This document shows positions 44,317 to 58,525 of a DNA stretch of 64,000 bases, piece after piece; the first letter of the stretch is position 1, and every line of letters begins with the position of its first letter. The position numbers and the translations under genes are program-made. The notes under the pieces were generated by a model, which was given only the letters and a program-made list of their open reading frames with translations, made no database searches and had not been told where the DNA came from. This DNA is from Pelomyxa schiedti (Eukaryota > Protista > Evosea): positions 51,304-115,303 of the forward strand of contig JAHLWZ010000816.1 of the NCBI GenBank assembly GCA_020536535.1. The letters are read 5' to 3'.

Positions 44317-47300
44317 ATGAGGCGACGAGGACCCACGACCGACGCCGACGCCCCCCCCTCGATGTACCGCACGTCGTCGTCTGTCTACGGCACGTACAGC
44401 GCGGCAGAGGACAGCAGCAGCAACACCCATAATGGCAGTGCTACATACTACGCCACGGCGAGGGGCACTCCTGTGCAGGACCCCAGGCCCGGCGGCGGCA
44501 GCAACACGCAGCAGCGGGGCAGGGGCCGGGACGGCGGCGGCGGCGGGGGGGACTCTGGGCATTATGGGAGGCCAGAACAGAGGGCCTACAGCGCCGACGA
44601 CGGCGACAGCGGCAGCGGCTACGACGAGGACGACGGCGGCAGCGGAGAGGAGCCCACGTTCGAGCAGAGGGAGAGGCGAATGGGCGGCGGGGTCTCCTTC
44701 GAGGACCAGGAGGAGGAGCTGATGAAGCGGGGGGGCGGCGGCGGCGGCGGGGCCGAGCGAAGGGGGGGCGGGAGCCGAGGCCGCGGCGGGGGCGGGGGCT
44801 CGGGCCCAGGAGCTGCCACCTTCCTGGAGGACTTGGACCCGAGGTCGCCGGGCTACGGCCGCGGCGGCAGCGGGAGCGGGAGCGGGAGCGGGCAGTTTTT
44901 TAATCAGACCAACACTCAAATCTCGTCGTCTTCACCACTGCAACAGCAACAACAACCACGACCGCAATCACAATCGCAATCACGAACACAACTTATGGGT
45001 GGGACTACGTTTAGTCCATCTTCAACACTTGCGAACCAGGTGAATTCAACCCGATACGCTATAAATAGCCCTCTGCCGGCCTCAAGTACCTCGAAGCCGC
45101 TCTCTTTAACATCACCACTGGCTTCTGGTATTTCAACTCCGTATGTGTTGATTTAACTGAGCGATTACTTTCAAAATCCAGGGTCACGACCAACTGTCCT
45201 ATCAAAGGCACTAGATGATGTAGCAGCACTTCTACGGCAACTTCGCCTCTTTGATCCAAATAACACGGGTCCGTATTTGTATCAGACAAAAAACCACTCA
45301 CTCAATGCTCTCTGCCCTGCCCAAATTCAGGACTTGTAACTGGAGCTCAGTTCAAAGATGCCTGCACGAAATTAAACCTTCTTATTGGCACACGCCAAAT
45401 GGATAAAATTCTTGCCTCAGTAAAATTAAATGGAAATGGCACTGTATCATATGAAGGTCTGAACAATGAAGTAGCAAAACTTATTCGGTAACTTTCCACC
45501 CTCCTTTTTACTTATTAAGTCTCTCAGTGAAGTCAATGCCTCCCCTTCAGTTCCAGATGGGTCAGATCTCTACAGAGTAAGACCGTCTAATATCAGAGAG
45601 GATGTTTCCTTGGAGACTAGCCATCTTCCAGAAGAAAGACTGCTTGCCAAAGAGGTTCTTCACATATTTATTTCTTTAGCTGAGCCACTCTGACTTTCTC
45701 AGAGATTCATTGCCAACCAAGAGAGAATATCTCAAATTCTCGAGGACTACGAGCACAGAAGAATAGATAGAAATGGTGTAATGGCTTCATTGGATGCAAT
45801 GGGCTTCACATACAATATTGTTGACATGCACCGTGTCCTAAGGTATTGGGTCGGAGATATCCTTTTTTTCTGATATTCTTATTGACAAGAAAAATGGAGG
45901 AGGAGGGAAGATGCAGCTTTTCAGCACTTGTGAATGCGTTATGCATGACACCCTTTCCTGAGTATACCTCAAATAACTTCCCAATTCACCTTAATTTGAA
46001 CATAGAAGCGAACTTGCACTTAGGGATGCGAAAACCGTTTTTAACGCACAAATGCATACAGAGAGCCCTGTAAAGGCCAGTGAATACAGTATTAGCTAAT
46101 TCCCAAAATTTACATTTATCTTTAGATGAACCCTGCCTCTCCTCCCCATTTAAAACCAAGGCCTTACAGGTAATCTTTTACTTGTGAGTGAAAAATTACT
46201 TCCAGCTTATTTTTCTCTAGAGACACAAATCCTCTTACCTGGAACACGGAACCTGTCGAAGTTGCTCCTCGTTTACATTTTTTATTCTAACTTCAGTCAC
46301 TTTTCTTTTAGGCAACTTTTAGCCCAAGAACGTGTATATCACCACGGGCAATGACAAAGGAACTTTCCAAATGGGAGGCTGCAAGCCAAGTTCAGGTTTT
46401 TCCTGCGCTCAGTTACCACCAGTTTGTGATAATTTTTCTCTTTAGGACCCAACTTTTGTTCGCCTCAAACATGAAAAAGTTAGTGCATTAGTGAGGCAAT
46501 ACCTGTCAAATACTATCACCCATGTCAAATTCAGACAGCAGTTGCGTGAATTAGATGTAGTTATAAATGAAGAATTGGAACACCTCATCCAGTCTCACGA
46601 TCAGACTGGAAGGCAGTCTTACCGTGACTTTATGCGGGTTGGTTCGTTTTGGAATTTTAAGGTCTCAACATTTGTCTTCAGGTTTTTCATCAACAACAAG
46701 AAGGTGTTACACAATTCGAGTTTCAACGTGAAGAACTACCACCTACAAGGTAGGACCTTTCTATTTTATCTTCGCTTCATTGGCCTAACTCAAATGTCTG
46801 AATAGGAGACAGACATCAATTATAGCCTGGGATGGTCCTGGTGATAAATTGGTTCGTTTTCTGTATTTACTTCGATTTTGTATTAATCACATGTTAGCCG
46901 CCACCAGTGATAAGAAAACCGTAAGTGCGTTCGAAGTAAATGAATGCTGTAACTTCTTTTAAGGGCATACACCTCATTTGATCTTATCACTGGAAACAAA
47001 CCTGGTGATGGGGTACATACCTCCCTTGGGTTCTTTTCGTAACACAAATCAGATTGTTCCCCCTCGAAAGCAGTTGTCACATTCCGCCACTGCTACGCAA
47101 CTCACTCCCTCAATAACCGGTCTTACAAGCAACCAACCATCTGACATGCGCCCTTGCTCACGGCAATATAGAGAAAATGATCAGCGCGCAAGCTCGATGT
47201 ATTCTGCAGCAAAACCATTTCCTTTCTAATAATCCACAGCCAAGCTACAGCACGAGGGATGGTTCCACAGGTACAAAAACCAACTGTCCTTTTTTCTTAT

Positions 47301-47687
47301 CATCTCCAGGAAGAGGATACATATGAGCGACCTCCAGCAATGTACAATTCCTTCACGGCACTTTGTTCCTGACCTATTTCAGAGTTGAACCGAACCACCT
47401 TGACTTACTCAAATGGAAGGCCCAAGATAATCCACCCGTTTATGTATGCAGCGCGTCTTCCATTTTTACTAATAGTGCAACATCAGACTCCAATACCATC
47501 CCAACCTGCTAGAAATTCTCAAATGTTGGTCTCCTTGCCCTTTTCCACCTGCTTTCTTTTAACTCACCCTCACAGTGATGACATGTATGGGTCCGAGCCT
47601 TATCTCCACCCAAAAGCACCTTTTGGCACAGTATGTACACCACAACCACAAAAACAAGGAGCAGAATCCTTACTTCCCACAGGATAG
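44317..47687 (+). CDS. Hypothetical protein: Gly/Ser-rich N-terminus, degenerate EF-hand-like segments, many exons
   Basis: Long GC-rich first exon (44317-45150). Later exons include LRLFDPNNTG, KLNGNGTVSYE and HDQTGRQSYRDFMR, which resemble EF-hand loops. End approximate. Confidence 0.45.
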
Positions 47688-48247
47688 AGACAAGTACTAC
47701 GATGTGAATCCACACTTTCCCTACGCCAACAGAACCAAGCACTTCACCTAACCACTGCCAAAGCAAACATTCACGCCAAACACTGTCCATAAGTAACATT
47801 TCGTTGTTGTGGAGCTGGAGGTTCTTTGCCTTTGCTCTCGTTCGTTTTGTGAAGGCAGAAAAAGGTAAACGGTACTTCCGCATTAGCGATTATGCGAATG
47901 TCCAATCATCGGTTGGACTGGTACATTTCCCTATGAGGCCGAAAAAATATTCATCGGGGTGTTTTTGGGTTAGGCGCTTGTGAAAAAGCGAACAAAAGCC
48001 TTGTGGGTCACTGGGAAAAGGGGGCGAATAATACTTATCATAATAAAAATATCGACCTAACCCGAATCTCTCAACCCCCAGTACTCAACTTGCGACCTTC
48101 CGCTCCTGGTGCGAAGCATCAACCCCCTTTCGGCCTCCAGCCTACTGAAAAAAACCGAACAAACAGAAAAACAAATCAAAAACAAAAGCCATACAAAAAA
48201 AAAAACACCAACGAAAGACACAAGAACCGAACGAACGAAAGAATACG

Positions 48248-49941
48248 ATGACGACAAAACCGCAACCCAAGAGGAGAAGGGTCGACGAGGAAAACGACAC
48301 CAACGGATCCCAGTCCCGTAATCATCCACGGCAACAGACCCACAATTCGCCATCGTCCCCGGCCCCGGCCCCAACGTCTACTTCGACCACTGCCCCGACT
48401 TCTAACTCCTCGTCTTCGGTTTGTTCTACCACACCGACTTCGACTTCGACTTCTGCCTCGACTTGTACCTCGACCTCGACCCCAATCCCAACGGCAACAA
48501 ACGCGAGGGAAAACCCTCCCGAAGTCGGTGTGGCTGCAGATGGCTCAAATCCGACCCAGAGTGGACACAACACGGATCAACAACATCAAAATACCGGCAC
48601 CGCAGCTGCACAGCGGCCACAACCGCAACCACAACCGCAACCACAACAACAACTGCATTGTATCACTACCGCCTGCACAACAACAACGCCCACCCCGGCG
48701 CCGTCTGAAAGTGATAATGTCGACGAGCGAGACGGCGGCGGCGCCACCACCACCACACGATGTATTTCTAGCGCGCCCGTTGGATCTGGAACGGGCACCC
48801 CCGGCGGGCCGATTTCGCAGAACCCGGAACGGCCTCCGTCGCCCCACACGTATTCGGTTAGTACTACGATTCCCGTTGGTGCTACGAATCCCGTCAGTGC
48901 TGCTAATCCCGCCCCTTATACGAATTCCTACGGTTCTGACGATATAACTCGCCATTATACGTATTCCGCCAGTGTTACGAACAGTTCCGATGATTCTGCG
49001 CCTCGTACGCCTGGTCGGCACGAGACTGACGGGCGTTATACGAACCATGGGGGTGCACAAACGCCGATGAACGACCTCGAAGTCGACGATTCGGACGTAA
49101 ACGCCAACGCATCGTCCGTAAGCCCTCCGCAATTTCCATGTTTTGAGACGGAAGTGAACTATGGTACATTCTTCATTCCTTTTGTCAGGGGTCGACTAAG
49201 TTGGGTATTTCTCTCCCCACTGCTCAGGCAACGGCTACACATTGTGCACATTAACTTATATGTTTACTACGCCAACTGCTCAGCCAACCGGACAAGCGGC
49301 CACCCCAGGCCCCCAACCACCACCCGCACCTGGAGCCGCTGTAATGATAGTACCTCCCCCAGTGAATAATCCCTTGGCTCCACTGGCTGGTCTCCTTCAT
49401 GCTTTGGAACTGAGCTTTGTCCAGTTCTATCTTCTTATTCTTGACGAGGTAAACCTCTTTGAACCCTTCCACTTTTTGCTAAGTATTGGCTCCCAAATTA
49501 CACACAAAGAATGGAAAAGCTGTATCCGCCAACCACTTTGTGGAAGCAGCAATCGGAATCCCAGCTGCGGTTATCAAACAGGAGGTCTGGAGTGAGACCT
49601 ACGTCGAGGGTGCAGACCGCCCTCTAGTTTGGGAAGTACAAGCTAACCTGATTGCCGGAATGACTGACCCTACCTCTCGCTCGGTTGTATGGCACATCCT
49701 GGCACCCACTGGCCACACTGTGAGAGTTCACTGGGTCAATGCCATCGTTGTGGATTCCCTCGGGAACTTCCTTGCCAGTGTGTCTGTTGGACACACTGTA
49801 GTTGATGATTCCTGCCAAGCTGGGCAATGTCTTCTGGCTGCTCAAGTGGCTAACTGTGCTGATGGAATTGCTTCTGATTTACAGTCACACCTCTTGGGCT
49901 CTATAACAACAACTGCTACGGATTATGGAGCTGACTCTTGA
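48248..49941 (+). CDS. Hypothetical protein with NLS-like KRRR, long S/T/P/Q low-complexity region and small C-terminal domain
   Basis: ORF 48248-49369 plus spliced exons to ORF 49486-49941. Confidence 0.5.
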
Positions 49942-50296
49942 AACAGCAACAAAACAAAAACAAAAACCAAACGCAAAAAAACAACAAAAAAAATGTGTAT
50001 CTTTCTTATTTCACTGTAATCTGTGTCATGGGTGCTGCGTGCTGGGCTCAATGTTTCTGGTTGTTTCCATGATGAGGAAAAGGAGGAGGGGACAGGAATT
50101 ACTTTTTGAAAATGTTCAGAATAGCAGTCATATCATCGTTGGCTTTATTACGAAGGGTGTCCACAGAGTTCCTAAGTGGAGTTAAGAGTTATCTGTGGGA
50201 ATTCTTGTTTTACTTTATATCTACAGCGCAGGTTCTCAATCCGAGATCATACTGTTCCCGCCTTATCTATGGAGAATCAATCGAATGCCTTGCCCG

Positions 50297-52167
50297 TCAT
50301 ATTGGTACCTTGTAGTCTTGAGCGGTTTCAGTGTGCTGCGCACCCGTCAGTAGGGAAGTTGTGATCTGGCTTTGGGTATCCTCGATTTGGTGTTGCATAT
50401 CTGCCTGTGTCTTCACAAGCTTTGCCACGTCCAATTCAATGTTCTGCCGATATTGTTGGATTTCCCCCAGTTTCTTCTTTAGTCTTGCCTGCTCCTCACG
50501 CCGTTCGCGCTGTCGTTGTTGCTCCTATAAGTGAGTCAGCCCAGGAAGAGATATTGTACTTAGACTTTGGTAATTTTTTGCTCAAGATTCTTGAACTCCT
50601 TTGCCTCCGTTTGTGCCACATTCTCATTTCTGTTGTGAAAACGGCAGAATAAAAAGAGAGGAGAGGGACAAAGCACACGTGTCATATTCAATCTTTAAGT
50701 TGGCATTCTCTTCTGTGAGCTGGGCAACTGTTTGGTTCAGAGCGTCCTCCTCGAATATTAGAGTTTGTAGTGCATCCTCTAATTTCAGTTTGTTGCTTTC
50801 GAGTCTAGGAATATCTGAGTCCTTGAAGTTGAAGGGGGAAGAGATTAAAAACAGAAGGAAATTTAGAGTGCCTACCAGAGCCTCTATAGTTCTTTGAGTG
50901 GTTTGCAGCTCGTTTCGGATCGCATCAATTTCTTCACGTAACATGTCAACAGAAGTTTGCGGTACATTTGGTTGAGGTCTTACTGGATTGGAAATTGTGG
51001 GAAGTGGCAATTGGTTTTGAGGGTATGGAATTGGGGTAACAGGAGGACTCGTTGACGCAGGAGATTGGATGCAAGGAGTGGAAAATGGAAGAGTAGCAGC
51101 TGGTGGAGGAACAAAAGATGGCACTGGAGGGAGGATGTTGCTAGGAATATTTGATGTAATTCTCTGTGGCGAAAAGGGGATACCACCACCAGAAACAGGG
51201 GGCAAATGTCCATTACTGGGGGGAACAAATGGAGGAGCATAAGGGCTGTATACGGTCCTGACCATACCCTGAGGTGGAGGCATAGTGGTCGGAGTAGCAA
51301 TAACAGTTCTCACACCACCTGTGTGTGGTGTCACTGATGCACCACCAGGCTGAGGTTGGGTGGTTGTGATTTGGTTTGCAAGTAGTGGAGCTGTAAGGCG
51401 AGAAGGAGGAGAAGGGTGTGTTGGTGTTTGTGATGTTGATGTTGATGTTGATGGTGATGGTGATGGTGATGGTGATGATGGCGGCGGCATTTGTGTTGGC
51501 GTAGCTGCTGCTGCCTGCGCGTGTGTGTTTGTGTTTGTGTGTGTTGGAGTTGGTGGTAGGGTAGCCGTCACTGTTGGCGTTGGCGTTGGCGCCGGCGTCG
51601 GTGTCGGTGTTGGGAGCGGCACCGACGCTGGTGTGGGCGCCGGCGACGGCGTTTGTGTTGGAAGCGGCGGCAACACGGCAGGGGTTGCTGGGTGCGGCGT
51701 GGTGTGGGCTACGCTCGGGGGCTGTGGCTGTGGCTGAGTCTGCGGCTGGGGCGGTGGGGGTGAGTGGGAGGGCTGCGTGTGGTGGGGGTGGGGGTGCGGG
51801 TCCGCTGGCTTGTGGGCCACGGCGGCGGAGCTCCCATTGGCGCTGGCGCTGCTGCCGCTCCCGGTGCGGGGCGCGCGGGCAGAGGGGGGGGCTGTTGCGG
51901 TTGCGGTTGTTGTTGCGGTCGGCGTGTAGGCCGGAGGGAGGCTCTTGGGTGCGTCGTCGCCACACATGAGGGTCAGGTAGCTTGCCATGATCTGCTCCAT
52001 GTTGCTTGAGGACCCGCATGCTATCTGGATGGGGGGATTGGGCGTTGTGGGATGGGGAAAGAAGAGAGTACGTCAAAGAGATCTTTGTTGAATGTTGGGT
52101 CGGCTTTCAGTATGCTCTCAGCCTCGGTCCTCTGCGCCTTGGTGGCAGACCGCGTAGACTTGCTCAT
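50297..52167 (-). CDS. Hypothetical Pro/Thr-rich protein with C-terminal coiled coil, spliced
   Basis: ORF 50624-52000 (PT/PS repeats, then LREEIDAIRNELQTTQRTIEAL heptads); downstream exon EQQRQRERREEQARL. Confidence 0.55.
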
Positions 52168-52217
52168 GGGTCGTGCTTTCAAACGCGGCTCGACTTTTTT
52201 TTTCTTTTTTTTTTCCC

Positions 52218-53049
52218 CTAAAAAAAATAAACAACTTGGGTTTGCAGTGATGGGACTGAGAAAGCTGCTACGCATCGTCCACCAATCCTACAACACTCTC
52301 GAAGGTTGCATTTCTGTGGGATTTTTAGCTGGGGTTCCAGTGTGATATGAATATTGGGTGCACACATGTCTCCGTCAAGTCTGTCTGTGATAGACTTGGT
52401 CCTTTCAGGTTGACAGTTTCCTTCAAGTATCCGCACGTGAACTCTGTTGCCTCTTGCATCGAGATATGTGCCAGTCACTCTGCCTGACATGACCACAGGT
52501 TCGGGGGAGGATGGCATCTGAAGCGGGGCAGAATCAATGTCTACTGCTGCTGCAGTACTTGGTTGAGTTTGCTCTCCTGGTGGAGGATGTGCGGGGGCCT
52601 TCTCGTTGTTCTCATAAACGACGAATACCGTAACGCGTCGGTCGGCATCCACTTGGCACAACCACACACCAACCGGAAACTGTTTTATACATATGGGATT
52701 GGTGTTGGTATTAGTATATATGGAGTTGATTGTTTGGCCATACCAAAATACATGTACAGCAGAATATACAAGCTATAACACAGTCCCTTGAGGGGTATCC
52801 AGGGTGAACATCTCCACAATAAACAGCGATGTTATTAACGGAAAACCTTTTCAATTCCGTTAGGACACTAATTTCCCTTCGCCTTATCCTCTTGCACCTC
52901 CTTGGGATGCCTTTTGTGGCCAGCCTGATCACGGCCTCCCTTTCATACTTTGTTGGTATCAACGGAGCCACGTATCCCCTAAGTATTCTCCTCTCAACTG
53001 CAAGCGTGGGCTCCCCGTGGCGCAGCAGTCGGCTGCGCTCTGACTCCAT
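52218..53049 (-). CDS. Hypothetical protein, spliced
   Basis: ATG-initiated ORF 52711-53049 and exon-like ORF 52218-52667; no family recognised. Confidence 0.35.
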
Positions 53050-53225
53050 CTCGAATCCCCCAAAATAATAATCAATTAACAGAAGTGACGGCGGTTTGAT
53101 TGCGATTGGATGATCTGTTATCTGTTGTTGGTTGGGGAGTGTTCCGGCCGTCAGAATACAAGCCCGCCGCCAAGAACACGTTGAAGTTTCTGGCTGTGAT
53201 TTGTTGTTGTTGGGAAAAGGTTAGT

Positions 53226-54680
53226 TTACCAAAAGAAGAATAGAACCTGTATTTGAGGATAGATTGCTGGGTGCTTTCTGGTACCCTTCGATTGAAGGTA
53301 CAGAACAGTGAGATGTGCTTGAAGAGCTGACAGCAGTATCAAATTGTATTTGGTGAATGGAATTATCAAGTAATCAGAACCATACAAAAATGGATAGAAC
53401 TGAAGCGGAGCTAGAAGCTCCACAACGTGGATGTGAAGCCATAAGAAATGCTTTCATTTGGCCCTCATAGCAGTGTCTCTCTGGTTCCTGCGGTTATTTC
53501 CATTTGTGGGATTTTGGGTTGATTTTGGGGTTTTTTTCAAAAAAAAGAAAAAAAAAGTGATACTTGCTGAGAATGGGTGTTCCATAATTTCCGGAATTTT
53601 GATTCGTGTATCAGGTATAATGCGAATGAGCTTCGAAACGAGGTCTGCAGCTGCAGGGGTATGAAAATGCGAAGTTGGAAACTGGAAGTATCACCTTCTG
53701 GGAAATTCTCCCAAATTGCCTTGTCCAGTTCATACTGGCACTTAATGAGCAAGCGAAATGTTTCTGTAATATCTTCATCGAGAAAAGGGGGATATCCACA
53801 CACACTGGAATAATCTATTAGCATCAACTGTAACACACCAATGATGATACAATACAAAGAGGAAGTAGCCTATCTGCCAAGGCCAAGCAAAAGTTGTAGT
53901 CTCCACATAAACACAAATAACTTCAGGTGGAGCACATTCTGATAGAAATATCGATATTAAAATGAGGAGTTTAAATAATATTTACCTGGAATTCCAGAGA
54001 CAGTTACCAATGAGTCCATGAGGCTCTTCGACCAAGGCTGAGTGGAAGTTAATACCCAATTTGATCTCCATTCAGGAGTACAAGAATATCAGATAGTTTG
54101 ACCCTTATTCGGCCATTAGGACTTTCAACTATCATAGTATTGGCAAGGTTTAGAGAAGTATTATCTCCAAAGTCCAGATTCTATCAATTCTAATTAGAAC
54201 TAGAAAAGAAAAAAGAGAACGACTGTAGTACAGAGCTGACTTAAAATCTCTGCAATTTCAGATTCAGTTCTTCGCTGTTTTCCCATCCAAGTTAAAATAT
54301 CAATTACCCTGAAATATTGTAAGGTGCCTGCTAAACAAATAGGGAAAAACGGTTCAGTGACAAATATGAAATAGTCACTTGTTTCATATATTTCTTCGAT
54401 TGCCAAGACATGTGGATTATCTCTGTACTACTCATGGTAAAATTAATCACTGACACATTGGATTCGGACACACTTTCCATAAATTGGCCACGTCCTCATA
54501 AAAAGCACCGCAATCAATGCGGTTTAAGCATAATACTCTCAGTGTGACCTTTTCACCAGTAACCCGCTCAGCATCATGCAAAGTACCATGTGCCAAACTG
54601 TCAAGTTTAGATATTTGAGATACTCTGATGTAAAAAAATAAGCAACTTCCACACCAGTCTGTCAATGTCCATTTCCGAAA
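53226..54680 (-). CDS. CAMK-like protein kinase fold, probable pseudokinase, multi-exon (5' end uncertain)
   Basis: IEEIYETSDYFIFVTEP, ESEIAEILSQL, PEVI, CGYPPFLDEDITETFRLLIKCQYE..WENFPEG, EIMEHPF; catalytic motifs degenerate. Confidence 0.65.
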
Positions 54681-54959
54681 ACGCGTGCGAAGCTCCGGAA
54701 TAGTTGTCTTTATTATGCTCTATGATACAATGCAGTTGAGTCCATATTTTTGTACATTTATTTTCACTGCCCAACTCACCTTGTCAATTTGACTATTTGT
54801 AACAGGAATATCACTGCTATTCTTACAACTAGTGGATTCAGTTAATGCAGGACCGCTCACACTCTCAGAGTTCTTGGACTTTCGGTGGCTGTTGCCCATT
54901 CAAACGAAATTTACTACTTTCACTGAAATGAAGTTTGATAGGAACTGAACAACTTGGTA

Positions 54960-57900
54960 TTATAGGGTGTTGAGTGACATGTATTGCACCCATTGGGACA
55001 ATAGGTACTGAGAGGCTGTGCTGTGGGCAATGCCCAGTGGTTGGTCTCCGATGCTGCCTGCTATTCGTAGTGTGGAATCCAGGATCATTCCTTCTCCCAT
55101 GGGCATAATCACTATATCTGCATGTATTGGTTGTGTGAGATTGAATTGCGGAGAGTGCTGATTAGCTCGGGAGTTTAGGCGGTTATGTGGCGATATTGGG
55201 ACATACAATCAAGTAAGTAGAATCCACGGGCGTCGAGCCGCCTCAGCGCCGTTTCAAAGTTAGAGAGTCCGCTTGTATCCAGTGCTCCATCTGCTGTGAG
55301 GCCGTAGAACTGCTGCTCCACAGTGTAATTGTGTGGCCTGCGCAGCGTTAGTTTCATTGGAAGGAGTTTAGTGCCTAGGTACCAGGTCCCCCAAGAAGGG
55401 TGGTCCTGAACTATTTCCACAGCTTCTCGCCAGAAGGGTACAGAAAGTACGGGAATTGGCCCGGCCGGCCCTGCAGGTAGTTGCAGAAGTATTACATGTC
55501 CTCCCTGGCAAGTTTAAAGCGATCACAGGTGTTGAAATGAAGTGAACCTCCTCTACAAAAGTGCTGATAGTGGAATCCCATGCAGTTACTACAGCTGGAG
55601 TTCCTTCTTGCAATGTATCGATATACCTCCCAGGAATCACTGTAGACAGATCTGAAAGGAGACCTATTGGATCGATAACGGAGAATACTGGTGTGTCCTG
55701 CCACAGGTCGTTTGGATAAATCTAATAACAGGTGAGGAGTTTTCTCGGAATGGCACTGACTTACCCACAGTGGCCACTCGTTTGTGGTAGAGTACAATCC
55801 AATTATGGCAGAAACTTGAACAATAACTTTTTGGGGTTTGTCTACTTGTGGTGCATCAAAGGTAGCCAGGGCAACCTCAATAACTGTGCCAGAGCACAAA
55901 GAAAATGAGGTGGTTGTCTGTCCGGAGAGAATAATTGATCCTGTATCTGCGAACGCTATTTGATAGGCTACAGTAGCTGGAGTGCAAGTATCTGTATACG
56001 CGAAATGGGATAGGATAAAGTGCAGTCTAACAGATTCCGAACTCTTCCATGACCACCAGTCATAATACGCAGGTCTATTACCCCCTGAGAAGAATCAGAA
56101 ATGCCACCTCAGTCAGAAAAACCTGCTATCCAGTCTGTTTTCCGATCAAATTCTAGTAAGATTACATTGTCACTATTAACATAAGTCAAATCATTTGGTC
56201 CAGCAAATTTTACTGTACGCAGGTCATCCCACATTCCAGCCGTACTAACAGGTTGGTCTGCATCAACCGTAACAACATAGCCAGACATAGCAGGTTGCAG
56301 GCGAGTGAACTCAAGGGTGAGCTTTCTGTGTACGGCAGCTTGGTTGAAAGATAGAGCCACCAAATCAGGTATATCACTCCATAGCCCAAGTTGCTTTAGA
56401 AGTTGCTCCTCCTGCGTTACTCTCATTTCCCATCTTGCACCCTGAGGATTTATGAAGGGATCACTTGAGACCCACCAAGGATCCGCACCCAGCGCTGCTT
56501 GTATACCGGGCAGATCACGAAGTGTATCTTTGTCGCAAAATTCGCCCATTACCCACAGGTGTGGATTTCTCCAATCCCGCCGAAACAAATCAAACGTTGT
56601 GCGGAAAAAAGTGGGATCACTGTATATGTGATTATCTAGTCAAATGTTAATGAGTAATAAGGAAATAGGAAGAACAACCATAAAAATCAGTTATCTCTTG
56701 TGTGGGGCCGCCATACTGTTCTCCTCCGCCACTGTTATCACACACTAACACATTCCCCCCATTTGCCTTTACTCCAGAATAAAGCTGTGATAGAAGGTCG
56801 GAACTTATGCTGGAGTCAAGTTCACAACCAAGATCGTAAATTATCACTGATGGATGATTTCGTGTGTGTCTCACAATAAGAGGGTACTCAACAAGTGTTT
56901 GCTGTGTGAACCAGTCTGTAGGGTCATTCAGCCACATCGGCAACTCCACCCATACAAGTACACCCATTTCGTCAGCGAGATCGAGCCACGAACTGGGAGG
57001 AATCCACAAGCATGCCTGAAAGTATGGAATCAATATGTAATTTTTTGGAAAAACGTAGAAACCTTAATGCCATTGTACCCTAAATTCAGTGCATTTGTCA
57101 TATCTTCAGCATATATTGTGGAAGCATTTTCTGGGTATGGGCAAATTCCCAGTGGTCCGTACCAGCCCCACGATAACGCCATGCGGGGGTACAGAGGTTT
57201 TCCATTGAGTAGTAACATAGACCCACTGGAGGAAATCGTTCTGCCAATCTTCAGCAGGGGAAAAGGAGAGTACAAACCCGACCTGAAACCAAATGTTGTG
57301 CATATTTTATCACTTGACTTGGCTACAGCACAAGTTGTATATAAATTTGGGGAAGAAGTTGTCCACAAACTCAAGCTAGAGGAAGATATTGAATGAAAGA
57401 AATTGAAAACAAAAGATTACCTTTGGGTTGCAAGTGTGCCAGAAAAAGTGCCAGTCCCAGATACAGATTGTGAGTTAGTCCATATTTGCTTTCCTGTGGG
57501 ATCACTTTACCTAATAAGAGAGGAATCATATGGACGTCGTGCAACCTGACTGTTAAGGCCACTTGTACAGTGGATATAGGATCTAGCTCAACGGTTACGG
57601 AAAAAGTTCCATCCGCCAAGCCTTGTGCCCAAATGTTGGTGATGTGATATGGCCCACTGGTACTATAAAGACTGACATCTTGCCAAATTCCTCCAAATGC
57701 TTGACCCCAAACATAAGGCAAAAATCCAGAGAGTGTTTCAGCCAGGTGGAAGTTCCCTGGTTCGTAAGGAGTGTCTGGGCCCGCTGTGTAACTTGCAGGT
57801 TTTTCCGTAATGACCTTCAATGCTGCTTGCGATCCAGCAACAACAACGCTGGTAATTTCAATTTCAAAAGGGTCCTATTGCTTAGTGTTAATCAATCTCA

Positions 57901-58457
57901 TTTCACACTGAGTGGAACTTACCCACATTCCTACGTGGCTACCAACTGTTTGGGTTTTAGTGTTTTAGAGGTGAGTTTCTACTGATAACGCGTTTATGTT
58001 GTGCCTAGTGCATTCATATACCAAGTTTCTCGTTTACATAAATTGATGAGCTGTAGCTCACGCCATCAAAATGCAAGAATAGCCTCGAATAACTAAAGAA
58101 ATGAGGGAGGAGTCTCAGAGGAGGGAAAATATAAAAGAATGAAGTAGAGGCAGCATATAGAACACAATACTAAATTTAATAATAATGATAAAAAGGCTAA
58201 GAGAAATACACAGTTGGGACTGTGAGAGTCGTCACAAAAGTAGCTGGTCCCACAATTGTCTTGGACACATTGGACAGTGCCGACTCCCAACACGACGGCA
58301 CAGCGACGTTTTCCCACTGTACTCCGTCAAAACTGACAGTCCAGTCCAGTTGTTCGCCCAACGACGTCCCACCCGTGTCCCTCCAGGTTCTTCCCCCAGC
58401 ATAACTCGCCAGCAGCAACAAAAACCCAAACGACACAACCGCCAGGCGATCTCGCAT
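54960..58457 (-). CDS. Glycoside hydrolase family 2 protein with signal peptide, multi-exon
   Basis: Signal peptide MRDRLAVVSFGFLLLLASYAG; VAVPSCWE; GGIWQDVSL; FGFR..LLLNGKPLY; LDLADEMGVLVWVELP; RNHPSVIIYDLGCEL. Confidence 0.85.
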
Positions 58458-58525
58458 CTTTTTTTTTCGTTTTTGCGATTTCCGTTGCAGCTCTGAGAAT
58501 CGTTTCATATCCGGAAAAAAATCAA

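Noticed and set aside
44314-44919. Long antisense ORFs over GC-rich first exons (also 26276-26809, 10383-11381, 51213-52076, 63585-63965)
   Set aside because: Shadow ORFs caused by high GC and few stop codons opposite or overlapping real genes.
53010-53060. GCGCAGC-AGTCG-GCTGCGC hairpin plus TCGAATCCCC, superficially tRNA-like
   Set aside because: No acceptor stem, anticodon arm or proper T-arm can be built in either order, and it lies within the first exon of a minus-strand ORF.
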